From an uncultured Candidatus Rokubacteria bacterium (GTDB taxonomy: Bacteria > Methylomirabilota > Methylomirabilia > Rokubacteriales > CSP1-6), in assembly GCA_963754315.1 (NCBI GenBank), contig CAVWFS010000016.1:1-64000 (forward strand): a stretch of 64,000 bases of DNA. The letters are read 5' to 3'. Below the pieces are notes generated by a model that saw only the letters and a list, made by a program, of their open reading frames with translations, ran no database searches and was not told where the DNA came from. Of the stretch, positions 1 to 8,618 are shown piece after piece (position 1 is the first letter of the stretch; each line of letters begins with the position of its first letter). A program made the position numbers and the translations under genes.

Positions 1-17
1 TACGGCGACCTTGGTCT

Positions 18-1082
18 TCATCGTTCATCCTCCTCCCTGGGTGAGCGCCCTCGGTCCTCCGGGCCGCCGTCTGTCCACGACCATGGGCGGCGATCGGTGA
101 CGGCCGGCGCCGGGACCGTCTGATACAGATAGCAGGCGACCGCTCGATGACGATCGGTCTGGAAGAGCGGGGGGGCCGACTGCCGGCACTGTGACATGAC
201 CGATGGGCATCGGTCCGAAAATCGGCACCCGCCACCGTCGATCCCGCCCAGGACGAGAGGTGGGGTGGTCTCTTCGTTCGTCCACGTACGCTCGGTGCTG
301 ACGAGCGGAATCGACGAGATGAGGAGCTGGGTGTACGGGTGCTGGGGCTGCTTGACCACCAGCTCGGCCTCCCCGGCTTCGACCACCACGCCGCGATACA
401 GCACCACCACATGGTCGCTGATCTGATAGGCGGTGGCCAAGTCGTGGGTTATATAGACGATGGAAATGCCGCGCTCGAGATTCATCGTGCGCAACGAGCC
501 GAGGATGGTGGCGCGCAGAGACGCATCCACCATGGACACCGGCTCGTCGGCCACGATCAGACGTGGTTTCATCAGCAGAGCCCGCGCCACCATGACCCGT
601 TGGCGCTGGCCCCCGCTCAGCTGGTGCGGAAAGCGGCCGAGGGTTTCCTCGGGCCGTAGTCCCACCGCCATCAGGACATCGTCGATCAGTGCCCGCGCGC
701 CCGCCTTCGAGGAGGCCAGGCGAAATTTCGATACGGGGGTCGTCAGGACGTGATCGATCCGGTAGAAGGGGTTGTACACCTCATACGGGTCCTGGAAAAT
801 GACCTGAACGTGACGGCGGAAGGCTTGCCAGTCTGGTCGCGACATTGTCTGTAGGTCGCGGCCCGCATACAGGACCTGTCCCCGGGTAGGGGTCAGCAAG
901 CCCAGGAGCAGACGACCCAGCGTCGTCTTACCGCTCCCGCTCTCACCGACCACGGCCGTGATGGAGGGCCGATCGCGGTCGATGGCCAGCGAGAAGTTGT
1001 CGAGCGCAACAGTGGGATGACGGTCGAACACGCCCCCCCCGAAGATCTTGCTCACGTGTCGCGCCTCGATCAGCGTCGTCAC
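18..1082 (-). CDS. Oligopeptide/oligosaccharide ABC transporter ATP-binding subunit (OppF/DppF-like)
   Basis: Walker A GESGSGKT, signature LSGGQRQR, Walker B IVADEP, C-terminal HPYT and Cys cluster; start moved to GTG at 1082 (VTTLIEARH). Confidence 0.9.
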   Translation of the reverse strand: MTTLIEARHVSKIFGGGVFDRHPTVALDNFSLAIDRDRPSITAVVGESGSGKTTLGRLLLGLLTPTRGQVLYAGRDLQTMSRPDWQAFRRHVQVIFQDPYEVYNPFYRIDHVLTTPVSKFRLASSKAGARALIDDVLMAVGLRPEETLGRFPHQLSGGQRQRVMVARALLMKPRLIVADEPVSMVDASLRATILGSLRTMNLERGISIVYITHDLATAYQISDHVVVLYRGVVVEAGEAELVVKQPQHPYTQLLISSIPLVSTERTWTNEETTPPLVLGGIDGGGCRFSDRCPSVMSQCRQSAPPLFQTDRHRAVACYLYQTVPAPAVTDRRPWSWTDGGPEDRGRSPREEDER

Positions 1083-1092
1083 AGGCGTCGGT

Positions 1093-2049
1093 CTACAACA
1101 AATGGCAGGCGGCCCAGGCATCGCCCGGCGCCTCTCGCAAGATAGGTTCGTCCAGCCGGCAACGGTCCATCGCCAAGGGACATCGGGGATGAAACGAGCA
1201 CCCGGATGGCAGGTCCCGCAGCGAGGGGGGAAGACCCGGGATTCCCTGCAACGGGCCCTTCTGCACCAGCGAGGGGAGACTGGCAATGAGCATCTGCGTG
1301 TAGGGATGCCGCGGCCGCGCAAAGATGTCACGAACAGGAGCCAGCTCGACCAGCTTGCCTGCATACATGACGCCGAGCCGGTCGACGAACTGGGCGATCA
1401 GTCCCATATCGTGTCCGACCAGGATCACCGACGCTCCCACCTCTCGCTGCACCCTCGCCAGGGTCTCCATCACTTGCTTCTGCACGACGACGTCCAGAGC
1501 ACTGGTGGGCTCGTCGGCGATGATAACTCTGGGACGGAGACTGATGGCGATGGCAATGCAGACGCGCTGCTTCATGCCGCCGCTCAGCTGGTGGGGAAAC
1601 ATGTCGGCCACCTCTGGCCTCAGACCTACCGATTGCAGGAGGCCGTGAACACGCTCCGCCAGCGTCCGCCTGGACATCAGGATCCCGTGGTCGCGCAGGG
1701 CGTCGGCAATCTGCTCCTTGATCCGGGTGACCGGGTTCAGCGAGTTCATCGAGCCCTGCGGAATGAGGGCGATGCGGGCCAGCCGCACCTGACGCATCTC
1801 CTCCTCGGAGAGGGCCATCAGGTCGAGGCCGTCCAGTCGGATTTGCCCGGCCTCGATCCGGCCCGGGGGCTTGATCATGCGAAGGATGGCCAGCGCCATG
1901 GTGGACTTGCCGGAGCCAGATTCCCCGGCCAGGCCAAGCCGCTCCGCCGCGTGGAGGTGAAAGCTGACGTTGTCGGTGGCCCGCACGGCCCCGCCCGGCG
2001 TGTCGTAGCGCACGCGCAGCCCGTCTACCCGGAGCACGTCGGTCGTCAG
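1093..2049 (-). CDS. ABC transporter ATP-binding subunit (OppD/DppD-like)
   Basis: GESGSGKS, LSGGMKQR, IIADEPT, HPYT, CSFHPRC; start is either CTG at 2049 (overlapping the upstream TGA, with GGAGG SD) or GTG at 2037. Confidence 0.9.
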   Translation of the reverse strand: MTTDVLRVDGLRVRYDTPGGAVRATDNVSFHLHAAERLGLAGESGSGKSTMALAILRMIKPPGRIEAGQIRLDGLDLMALSEEEMRQVRLARIALIPQGSMNSLNPVTRIKEQIADALRDHGILMSRRTLAERVHGLLQSVGLRPEVADMFPHQLSGGMKQRVCIAIAISLRPRVIIADEPTSALDVVVQKQVMETLARVQREVGASVILVGHDMGLIAQFVDRLGVMYAGKLVELAPVRDIFARPRHPYTQMLIASLPSLVQKGPLQGIPGLPPSLRDLPSGCSFHPRCPLAMDRCRLDEPILREAPGDAWAACHLL

Positions 2050-2966
2050 ACCGCCCTCCGCAGCCGAGGATTGGCGATCTCGTCGAGCCCCACGCTCAGG
2101 AAAAAGAGGCCGAGGAACACGACGAGAATGATCACGGTCGGGGCCGTCCACCACCACCACCAGCCATTGATGAGGGCCGCGTTGTAGTTGACCCAGTAGA
2201 GCGTCATCCCCAGGGTCGGCGAATCGATGGGCCCAAGGCCGAGCACCTCCAGGCCGATAGAGGCCAGGATGGCCGACGACACCGCGTTCACCAAGGTCGC
2301 CGCCAGATAGGGCAGCAGGTTGGGCATCAGCTCCTTGACGATGATTTCCGGTCCGCTCATGCCCGACAGACGGGCCACTTCCACATAGCCGCGCTCTCTG
2401 AGGGTCAGCACCTGGGCGCGGATGGTCCGCGTTGGGTTCAACCATGCGAGGGAGGCGACCACCATGGCCATCTGGTCGACGGTCAGGCCTCCTTTGATCG
2501 AAACGGCGATGATGATCAGCACCAGCAGCCCGGGCACGGTGAGCCCGACGTCGGCGATGCCACGAATGACCGCGTCGACCCCTCCCCGGTAGTAGGCGGC
2601 CACGAAGGCCAGAATCGCCCCGATGCCCACGCCGAAGATGCCAGCGATGAAGCCGATCCTCAGGGTGAGGGGCGTCCCCGCCACCATGGTGGCCAGCAAG
2701 TCTCGACCTTGCCGATCGGTGCCAAACGGATACTGCCACGAGGGCGGCCTGAGGATCGGCGCCGATAGCGCTCTGGACTTCGCCGTGTCCACCAAGATCC
2801 GGCCGAACCCCACGAACAACACCAAGGCCGAGAGCAGACCGAGACCGACCACCAGCGACTTGTTGCGGCGCATGTAGCGCAGGACCGCTCCCGGGTATGC
2901 GCGCCGCGCTGCGTCCGGCCGGAGCGGCGGCTGTGGTACCTGCGCTCTGCCGGCGGCGATGCTCAT
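2046..2966 (-). CDS. ABC transporter permease (OppC/DppC-like)
   Basis: PFGTDRQGRD motif, EAA-like loop (YVEVARLSG), multiple TM helices, operon position. Confidence 0.9.
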   Translation of the reverse strand: MSIAAGRAQVPQPPLRPDAARRAYPGAVLRYMRRNKSLVVGLGLLSALVLFVGFGRILVDTAKSRALSAPILRPPSWQYPFGTDRQGRDLLATMVAGTPLTLRIGFIAGIFGVGIGAILAFVAAYYRGGVDAVIRGIADVGLTVPGLLVLIIIAVSIKGGLTVDQMAMVVASLAWLNPTRTIRAQVLTLRERGYVEVARLSGMSGPEIIVKELMPNLLPYLAATLVNAVSSAILASIGLEVLGLGPIDSPTLGMTLYWVNYNAALINGWWWWWTAPTVIILVVFLGLFFLSVGLDEIANPRLRRAV

Positions 2967-3971
2967 CTAGCTCCGCTGGTAGGTGATGCGGGGGTCGAGC
3001 AATGGATAGAGCAGGTCGAGAATCAAGGTGGTGAGGCCCAGGGCCACGATGACCGTGAACACGATGCCCTGGATGAGGAAGTGATCGTTCTCGCGGATGG
3101 CCAGGAACAGAACCGTTCCTATTCCGGGATAACCAAAGATGACCTCCACCAGCACGGCGCCAGCGAAGATGTTGCCGAGGGCCAGCGCGAGGGCCGTGGT
3201 CTGGGGGAGAATCGCGTTTCGCACGCAGTAGCGCAGGAAGATGGTGAGATTCCGCAGCCCCTTGGCCTCGGCGAAGGTCACGTAGTCTTCCCCCTGCGTG
3301 GTGACCATCATGCCTCGCATGGCCAGCGCCCATCCCCCGGTGGCGACCAGGATGATGGACAGCGCGGGCAGGATCGAATGCCGGAGTACGTCGCCCACGA
3401 AGTCCAAGGTCAGGGCGGGAAAGGCGCCCGCGCGATAGCCGCCAAACATCGGCAGCAGCTTGATCTGGAAGGCCAGCAGATACATCAAGAGCAACCCGCA
3501 CAGGAAGAACGGTATCGCGTGAAACGCCCACAGGGGTGGCATGAGGAGGCCCATCCAGCGCGGGGCGCGAGGCCACGCCAGCAGCGCCCCCAGCAACGTC
3601 CCGATGGCAAAGGAGAGGACGGTGGTGGTCCCGAGGAGCCCGACCGTCCACGGAATGGCCTCCGCGATGATCTCGCTCACCGTTCGCGGGTAGTTCGAGA
3701 TGGAATAGTTGAAATTGAACCTGAACGCATCGTGAAGATAGGCGACGTACTGCATCCAGAGCGGGCGGTCAAGGCCGAACCGGCGCTCATACTCCTTCGC
3801 CATGGCCTCGAGACCCGTTTGGACATGGCCCCCAAGCTGCGCTTGCTGAAGCAACGTGGCCCGCACCGGGTCCTGGCCGGACAATCGGGGAAGAAAGAAA
3901 TTGAGGGTCGCCGCCAGCCACACGATCAACAGAAAGACCCCAAATCGCTTGACCACGAAGCCCGCCTGCAT
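2967..3971 (-). CDS. ABC transporter permease (OppB/DppB-like)
   Basis: FGLDRPLWMQY, EDYVTFAEAKGL EAA loop, LYPLLDPRI C-terminus. Confidence 0.9.
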   Translation of the reverse strand: MQAGFVVKRFGVFLLIVWLAATLNFFLPRLSGQDPVRATLLQQAQLGGHVQTGLEAMAKEYERRFGLDRPLWMQYVAYLHDAFRFNFNYSISNYPRTVSEIIAEAIPWTVGLLGTTTVLSFAIGTLLGALLAWPRAPRWMGLLMPPLWAFHAIPFFLCGLLLMYLLAFQIKLLPMFGGYRAGAFPALTLDFVGDVLRHSILPALSIILVATGGWALAMRGMMVTTQGEDYVTFAEAKGLRNLTIFLRYCVRNAILPQTTALALALGNIFAGAVLVEVIFGYPGIGTVLFLAIRENDHFLIQGIVFTVIVALGLTTLILDLLYPLLDPRITYQRS

Positions 3972-3998
3972 GCCTTATCCGTGATCCGGGCGCGTCGC

Positions 3999-5762
3999 CT
4001 ACGAGGCCGACTGGAGGTTCCAGAGCACTATGGCGTACGTCAGGTGCCAGCAGGCGCCGTTGACGTAGGCGTTCTGCTCGGTGGGCCAGTTCGTCCAGTA
4101 GGTGGTGTTCATCGGAATGCGGTGAAAATTGTGCACCAGCTGGATATCGGGCAGGTCCGGGATCCAGATTTCCATGGCCTTGTGGAAGAGCTCCACCAGC
4201 TTGGCCTTGTTGTTCATGTCGGTGACGAAGACCTCATCCACGATCCTGTTGTAGGCGTCGTTCTTCCACTTGGCGAAGTTCACCAGATGGCCGCCCGGCA
4301 CCGCCACACTCACACTCTGGTAGAGGCGGAGGGTGTGGTAGGGATCGTTCACGCTCCCCCCGTGGCCGTAGATCGCTCCCGTGTACTGACCCTTTTGAAA
4401 GCGGTCGTCAAAGTCGGGGGGCAAGCTGAAGCTCACGTCGACGCCCTGCCGCTTCAACTGCTCGGTGAGCACCGGTCCGATAGCGGGGCCGCTTCCCCCG
4501 AATCCGATGATGTCCAGCTTGAGCCGTTGGCCCTGGCCATCCACCCAGAATCCGGCGCTGTCCTTCTTCCAGCCCTTCTTACCGAGAAGCTCCTCGCCTT
4601 TCTTGGGATTGAACTCCAGCGTGTCGTACTTCGCGAGAAGGTCCTTCACTGAGTTGATGTAGGGCCGTAGCCCGGGATACTCGGGGAGCGGAAGGGGCGT
4701 GGCGGCCGATGCCCCCAGGTATCCCACATCGATGAGCTGCTTCCGATCGATGAAGTAGCTGAGCGCCCAGCGAATGTCCCGGTCGTTGAAGGGCGGCTTT
4801 TCGTTGTTGACGTACAGCGAGATCGGCCACCAGTCCATGTACCCGTAGGGGGGCTTCTGGCCCGAGTAGGTGATGATCTTGGGATTCTGTCGCAGCACCG
4901 TCGGATAGGTGGCGGGTTGCATGCCCTGGCCGGAGTCGACCTGATTGGTGATCAGGGCCTGCGCCAGCTGCTGCTCGCCCGCCGTGGGAAGCCAGATGGT
5001 ACGCTCAACCTTCGGCATCGGGGCGAGGCCTGCTTTGGCCGCCCACCACTCGCCTCTTCGGTCGATGATCTTCTGCTGGGGGGACGCGAAGACCACCCTC
5101 CAGGGCCCGGTGGTCACCGGCCACTCCTTGGCGAGATCAAAGTGCCTGAAGCTGGTCCAGTCCTGGCCCTGGAAGACGTGCTTGGGGACGATATAGACGC
5201 CGATGTCGTACTTGTAGGTCATGAAGTAGAAGAAGCGCGGGGCCGGCACCTTGAACTTGACGACGACCGTGTTGCGGTCGGTTGCCCTCGCCTCCTGCAT
5301 GAACTGCTGCACGTCCACACCCCATCGCACCTTGGGGCCCAGGTCACGCAGGGTGTTCAGGGTGTAGGCCACGTCCTCTGCACTGAACGGCGTGCGGTCG
5401 CTCCACGTGATGCCGCTGCGGGTCTTGATGATCAGTTCCTTGAAGTCGCCGCTGTATTTGTAGCTCTCGGCGAGCCACAGATACTCCTTGTCGGCGAACG
5501 CGCTGTAGTACGCCAGGGGCTCATAGAGAATGCCGGGGCCGTTCTGGTGGTTCGACCCGATGGCGTAGGGATTCCACAGCTCGTAGTCGATCCACCGGCC
5601 ATCGCGACCCGCCCACACGAGGGTGAGCGTCCGGTTTCGAGAGACGTTCTTCGGCTGCGCGGACGCCGACCTGACGGGGGTCAGGGCCACCGCGGCCGCC
5701 GCGGTGCCGGCTCTGATGAATCCTCGTCGATCGAGGCGCTCGGGGGAATCTCGCTTCGCCAT
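3999..5762 (-). CDS. Family-5 ABC substrate-binding protein, Tat-exported
   Basis: Tat motif DRRGFIRAG and AxA cleavage site; family-5 motif (WSDRTPFSAEDVAYT); ATG 5762 has an AGGAG SD. Confidence 0.88.
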   Translation of the reverse strand: MAKRDSPERLDRRGFIRAGTAAAAVALTPVRSASAQPKNVSRNRTLTLVWAGRDGRWIDYELWNPYAIGSNHQNGPGILYEPLAYYSAFADKEYLWLAESYKYSGDFKELIIKTRSGITWSDRTPFSAEDVAYTLNTLRDLGPKVRWGVDVQQFMQEARATDRNTVVVKFKVPAPRFFYFMTYKYDIGVYIVPKHVFQGQDWTSFRHFDLAKEWPVTTGPWRVVFASPQQKIIDRRGEWWAAKAGLAPMPKVERTIWLPTAGEQQLAQALITNQVDSGQGMQPATYPTVLRQNPKIITYSGQKPPYGYMDWWPISLYVNNEKPPFNDRDIRWALSYFIDRKQLIDVGYLGASAATPLPLPEYPGLRPYINSVKDLLAKYDTLEFNPKKGEELLGKKGWKKDSAGFWVDGQGQRLKLDIIGFGGSGPAIGPVLTEQLKRQGVDVSFSLPPDFDDRFQKGQYTGAIYGHGGSVNDPYHTLRLYQSVSVAVPGGHLVNFAKWKNDAYNRIVDEVFVTDMNNKAKLVELFHKAMEIWIPDLPDIQLVHNFHRIPMNTTYWTNWPTEQNAYVNGACWHLTYAIVLWNLQSAS

Positions 5763-5947
5763 CGTCGTTCTCCTTTCCCTGCCACCGTTCGCGACCGCCG
5801 CGCATAAGGTAGCAAAAAAGGCGCGGTGGCTGGTCACCGCGCTCATCGGGCTCCCGATGGTAGCGAGCACGAGGCGTTCGCGCTAGGATCGTCGCGCCGG
5901 TCTGACGACCGGCGCCGGGCGGCAATCTAGGAAAGAGAGACAGCGCC

Positions 5948-6946
5948 ATGGACTGCTGTGGTCACGAAGGACCTGGCGGCGGAGATGCTCGATTTGAGAT
6001 CCAGAAGGTGGCCGACGGCGTATACGCCGCGGTCGCGGCGCCGGCGTACAAGGTGAACTGCAACACGGCCATCATCGAGAACGACGATGACGTGATGATC
6101 GTCGATACGCACTCGAAGCCCTCGGCGGCCCAGGTAATCATCGCGCGGCTGCGCGAGCTGTCCCGTAAGCCTGTTCGCTATGTCGTCAACACGCACTTCC
6201 ATTGGGACCACTGGCACGGCAACGAGGCGTATCCCGCGGCCTATCCCGACGCGGAGATCGTCACCAACCAGATCACGCGCGAAGCCATGCTCATGAAAGG
6301 GCTCAAGCGCATCCAGGACCATGTGCGCCAGGTGCCGAACGAGATCACCACGCTCAAGGCCGATCTGGGCGCCGCCACGGCCCCGACGCAGCGCGCCCGG
6401 CTCGAAGCCGATCTGCGCCTCGCTGAGTCGTATCTCGCCGAGGTCCGTGCGCTGAAGCCGGCGTTACCGACGATCGCGTTCGAGCAAACGATGAAACTGT
6501 ATCGGCGCGATCGCGAGATCCACTTGCTGCATCTCGGCCGGGCTCACACCGCGGGTGATGTGTTTGTCTATCTCCCGCGGGAGAAGGTCGTCATTACGGG
6601 TGATGCGCTCATTGGCTGGACGCCCTTCATGGGCGACGGCTACCCTGATGAATGGGGGGCGACGCTCGACCGCCTCGCACAGCTCGACTTCACCCACATC
6701 ATCATGGGTCACGGCAACGTGACGGGCCGCGAGTGGCTCGGAACCTTCCGGAGTTACGTCCACGACTTGGTCCAGGCCGTTCGAGAGGAGGCCGCCGCCG
6801 GCACCGCCCTCGAGGAGGTCAAGCAGCGCGTCACCGCGCGCCTCGCACCCAGATACGAGCAGCCGTTCTCGGCCTACGGGGACTACCGGCCGTGGCGCAC
6901 TGGCGTCGTCGCCAACGTCGAGCGCACGTTCGCCCTCGTGAGCTAA
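5948..6946 (+). CDS. MBL-fold metallo-hydrolase (cyclase-like)
   Basis: NTHFHWDHWHG (HxHxDH), AHTAGD, TGDAL, MGHG motifs. Confidence 0.85.
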   Translation: MDCCGHEGPGGGDARFEIQKVADGVYAAVAAPAYKVNCNTAIIENDDDVMIVDTHSKPSAAQVIIARLRELSRKPVRYVVNTHFHWDHWHGNEAYPAAYPDAEIVTNQITREAMLMKGLKRIQDHVRQVPNEITTLKADLGAATAPTQRARLEADLRLAESYLAEVRALKPALPTIAFEQTMKLYRRDREIHLLHLGRAHTAGDVFVYLPREKVVITGDALIGWTPFMGDGYPDEWGATLDRLAQLDFTHIIMGHGNVTGREWLGTFRSYVHDLVQAVREEAAAGTALEEVKQRVTARLAPRYEQPFSAYGDYRPWRTGVVANVERTFALVS

Positions 6947-7015
6947 CCCACCCGCGCGCCGCGATGTCATCAAGAGCGCCGACGCGGGAATCTCGCCCTC
7001 GACCGTTGGGATGTT

Positions 7016-7951
7016 CTAGCGGCCGGCCTTGAGCAGGCGGGCGACGCCGGTGAGGCGAAGGTCATCCAGCCGGCCCTTGAAGTAGCGATCGTGGATCTCG
7101 CCGGGCCCCAGGTCTTCGACCTGCGTGAAGCCGATTCCTCGCAGGTCGCCGGCCAGGACCGCCGGCTCGAAGTAGGTCAGCCAGGGTTCTCCCCGCGCGG
7201 CGACCTGTCGCGCCACGTCGTCGTGCCGATGACGGTCGGTCTCGCTCAGCGCGGATGGAGACACTGCGTAATCGAAGACGATCTCGGTCCCGGACGGCAT
7301 GGAGGCGACGAACTTCAATGTGCCCATCGCCGCGTCTCGGGTCAGATAGATGACGACGCCCAGCATCGAGAAGAACGCCGGCTCGTCCGCCCTGAAGCCG
7401 ACCTGCCCCAAGCCACCGGCGAGCGTCTGCGTCTCGAAGTCGATGGCTGCAAACGTGAGTGACTCGGGAACCGGGATGCCGGCGTTCTGGAGGCAGGCCC
7501 GCTTCCATGCCTGCGTCGCCGGATGGTCCACCTCGAACACGCGCAGGCGGGCGACGGGATACGGGTTGCGGTACGCAAACGTGTCGAGGCCCGCACCCAG
7601 TACCACGTATTGACGGACGCCGCGCTGGACTGCCCGCGCGAGCTCATCCTCCGCGTAGCGGCTGCGCACCGCGACGAACGGCCGGAACGACGCCAGCGCA
7701 CCCCGTCCGGCGTTCGCCCGCACGGCGGCTTCTGCCTGGGCGCCGATGATCCGCAAGGCCAGCGGGTCATCGAAGATCCGGGGTTGGTCCACGAGCTGGT
7801 GGGCCGCTCGAAGGTTGGCCGTAGCCTGCGCGGTGCGGCTCGGACGGCCCTCGGCCAGCCGCGTCGTCGTCGTGCCTTGCGCCCACACACTCGCGCGATT
7901 CGCCGCCACGCCGCTCGCCATGAGTCCGCACAGGAAGGTGCGTCGCCGCAT
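7016..7951 (-). CDS. Class I SAM-dependent methyltransferase (LCM/Rv0893c-like) with Tat-like N-terminal extension
   Basis: PSRTA start motif, DDPLA, QYVVLGAGLDTFAYR, FEVDHPATQ, VFDY. Confidence 0.85.
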   Translation of the reverse strand: MRRRTFLCGLMASGVAANRASVWAQGTTTTRLAEGRPSRTAQATANLRAAHQLVDQPRIFDDPLALRIIGAQAEAAVRANAGRGALASFRPFVAVRSRYAEDELARAVQRGVRQYVVLGAGLDTFAYRNPYPVARLRVFEVDHPATQAWKRACLQNAGIPVPESLTFAAIDFETQTLAGGLGQVGFRADEPAFFSMLGVVIYLTRDAAMGTLKFVASMPSGTEIVFDYAVSPSALSETDRHRHDDVARQVAARGEPWLTYFEPAVLAGDLRGIGFTQVEDLGPGEIHDRYFKGRLDDLRLTGVARLLKAGR

Positions 7952-8143
7952 GCTCGTCTCCCCAGAGAACCGCCTTCAGGCCCGCCGTCGTGACCGAGGA
8001 GGATGGCCGCGATTTAGCGGGCGACGCTGCCCTCAGGGCATTCTACCCAAGGCCGCTCCAATCGTGTCGACACGTTCCTCGATCCCGGCCTCACTCCATT
8101 ACAGAGCTACCTCCCTACAGCAAAGAGGCCTGTCATGACGTCG

Positions 8144-8484
8144 CTACGCAGCGAGTTTTCGCAGATACTCGGTGGGTAGGTCTCGAATCAGTCGAAGGAG
8201 CATGTCCATCGAGGCCGTCTGAACATTTCGGGCTGCCTCCCAGCGCGCGATCGTGTTGGCGTGGCCAGCTCGGCCTGCGTGAGACCAAAGCGTACCGGAT
8301 GGAGCGGATGTCGTCCGCGGACAGGAGGCCGTACTTCTGTCGGTAACTCTCAGAGCCCGCTGTCGTAGCTTTCTGGCATCGTCGAACCGCAAGACGACTT
8401 CGTGGCGCTTTGGACAGCTCAGGTGTTGTCCGCCAACAGTCTGCCACGCTTCGTTCGCGGGTCCGGGCGGCTACTCGTCTTCAT
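8144..8484 (-). pseudogene. MqsA-like zinc-finger/HTH antitoxin remnant
   Basis: Fragments in different frames: CPKRHEVVLRFDDARKLRQRA, YRQKYGLLSADDIRSIR, NTIARWEAARNVQTASMDMLLRLIRDLP; internal deletions and a stop. Confidence 0.65.
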
Positions 8485-8580
8485 CCCTCTCCCCTTCCTC
8501 GTGGAACGAGATGACGACACAGTCCGCGCGAAGGACGACCTTTACATAAACCGACGACCCCGCCGATGACGCGTCCACGA
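8471..8580 (-). pseudogene. C-terminal remnant of MqsR-like toxin
   Basis: Minus-strand translation VYVKVVLRADCVVISFHEEGERDEDE*, overlapping the antitoxin ATG; 5' part absent. Confidence 0.55.
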
Positions 8581-8618
8581 AGAAGCGGGTTGAAGGCGTG
8601 AGTAGAGACGCGAGCGGC

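Noticed and set aside
2050..3651. 852-aa ORF 1093-3651 as a giant ABC ATPase
   Set aside because: The upstream part is an Arg/Pro-rich shadow frame of the two permeases
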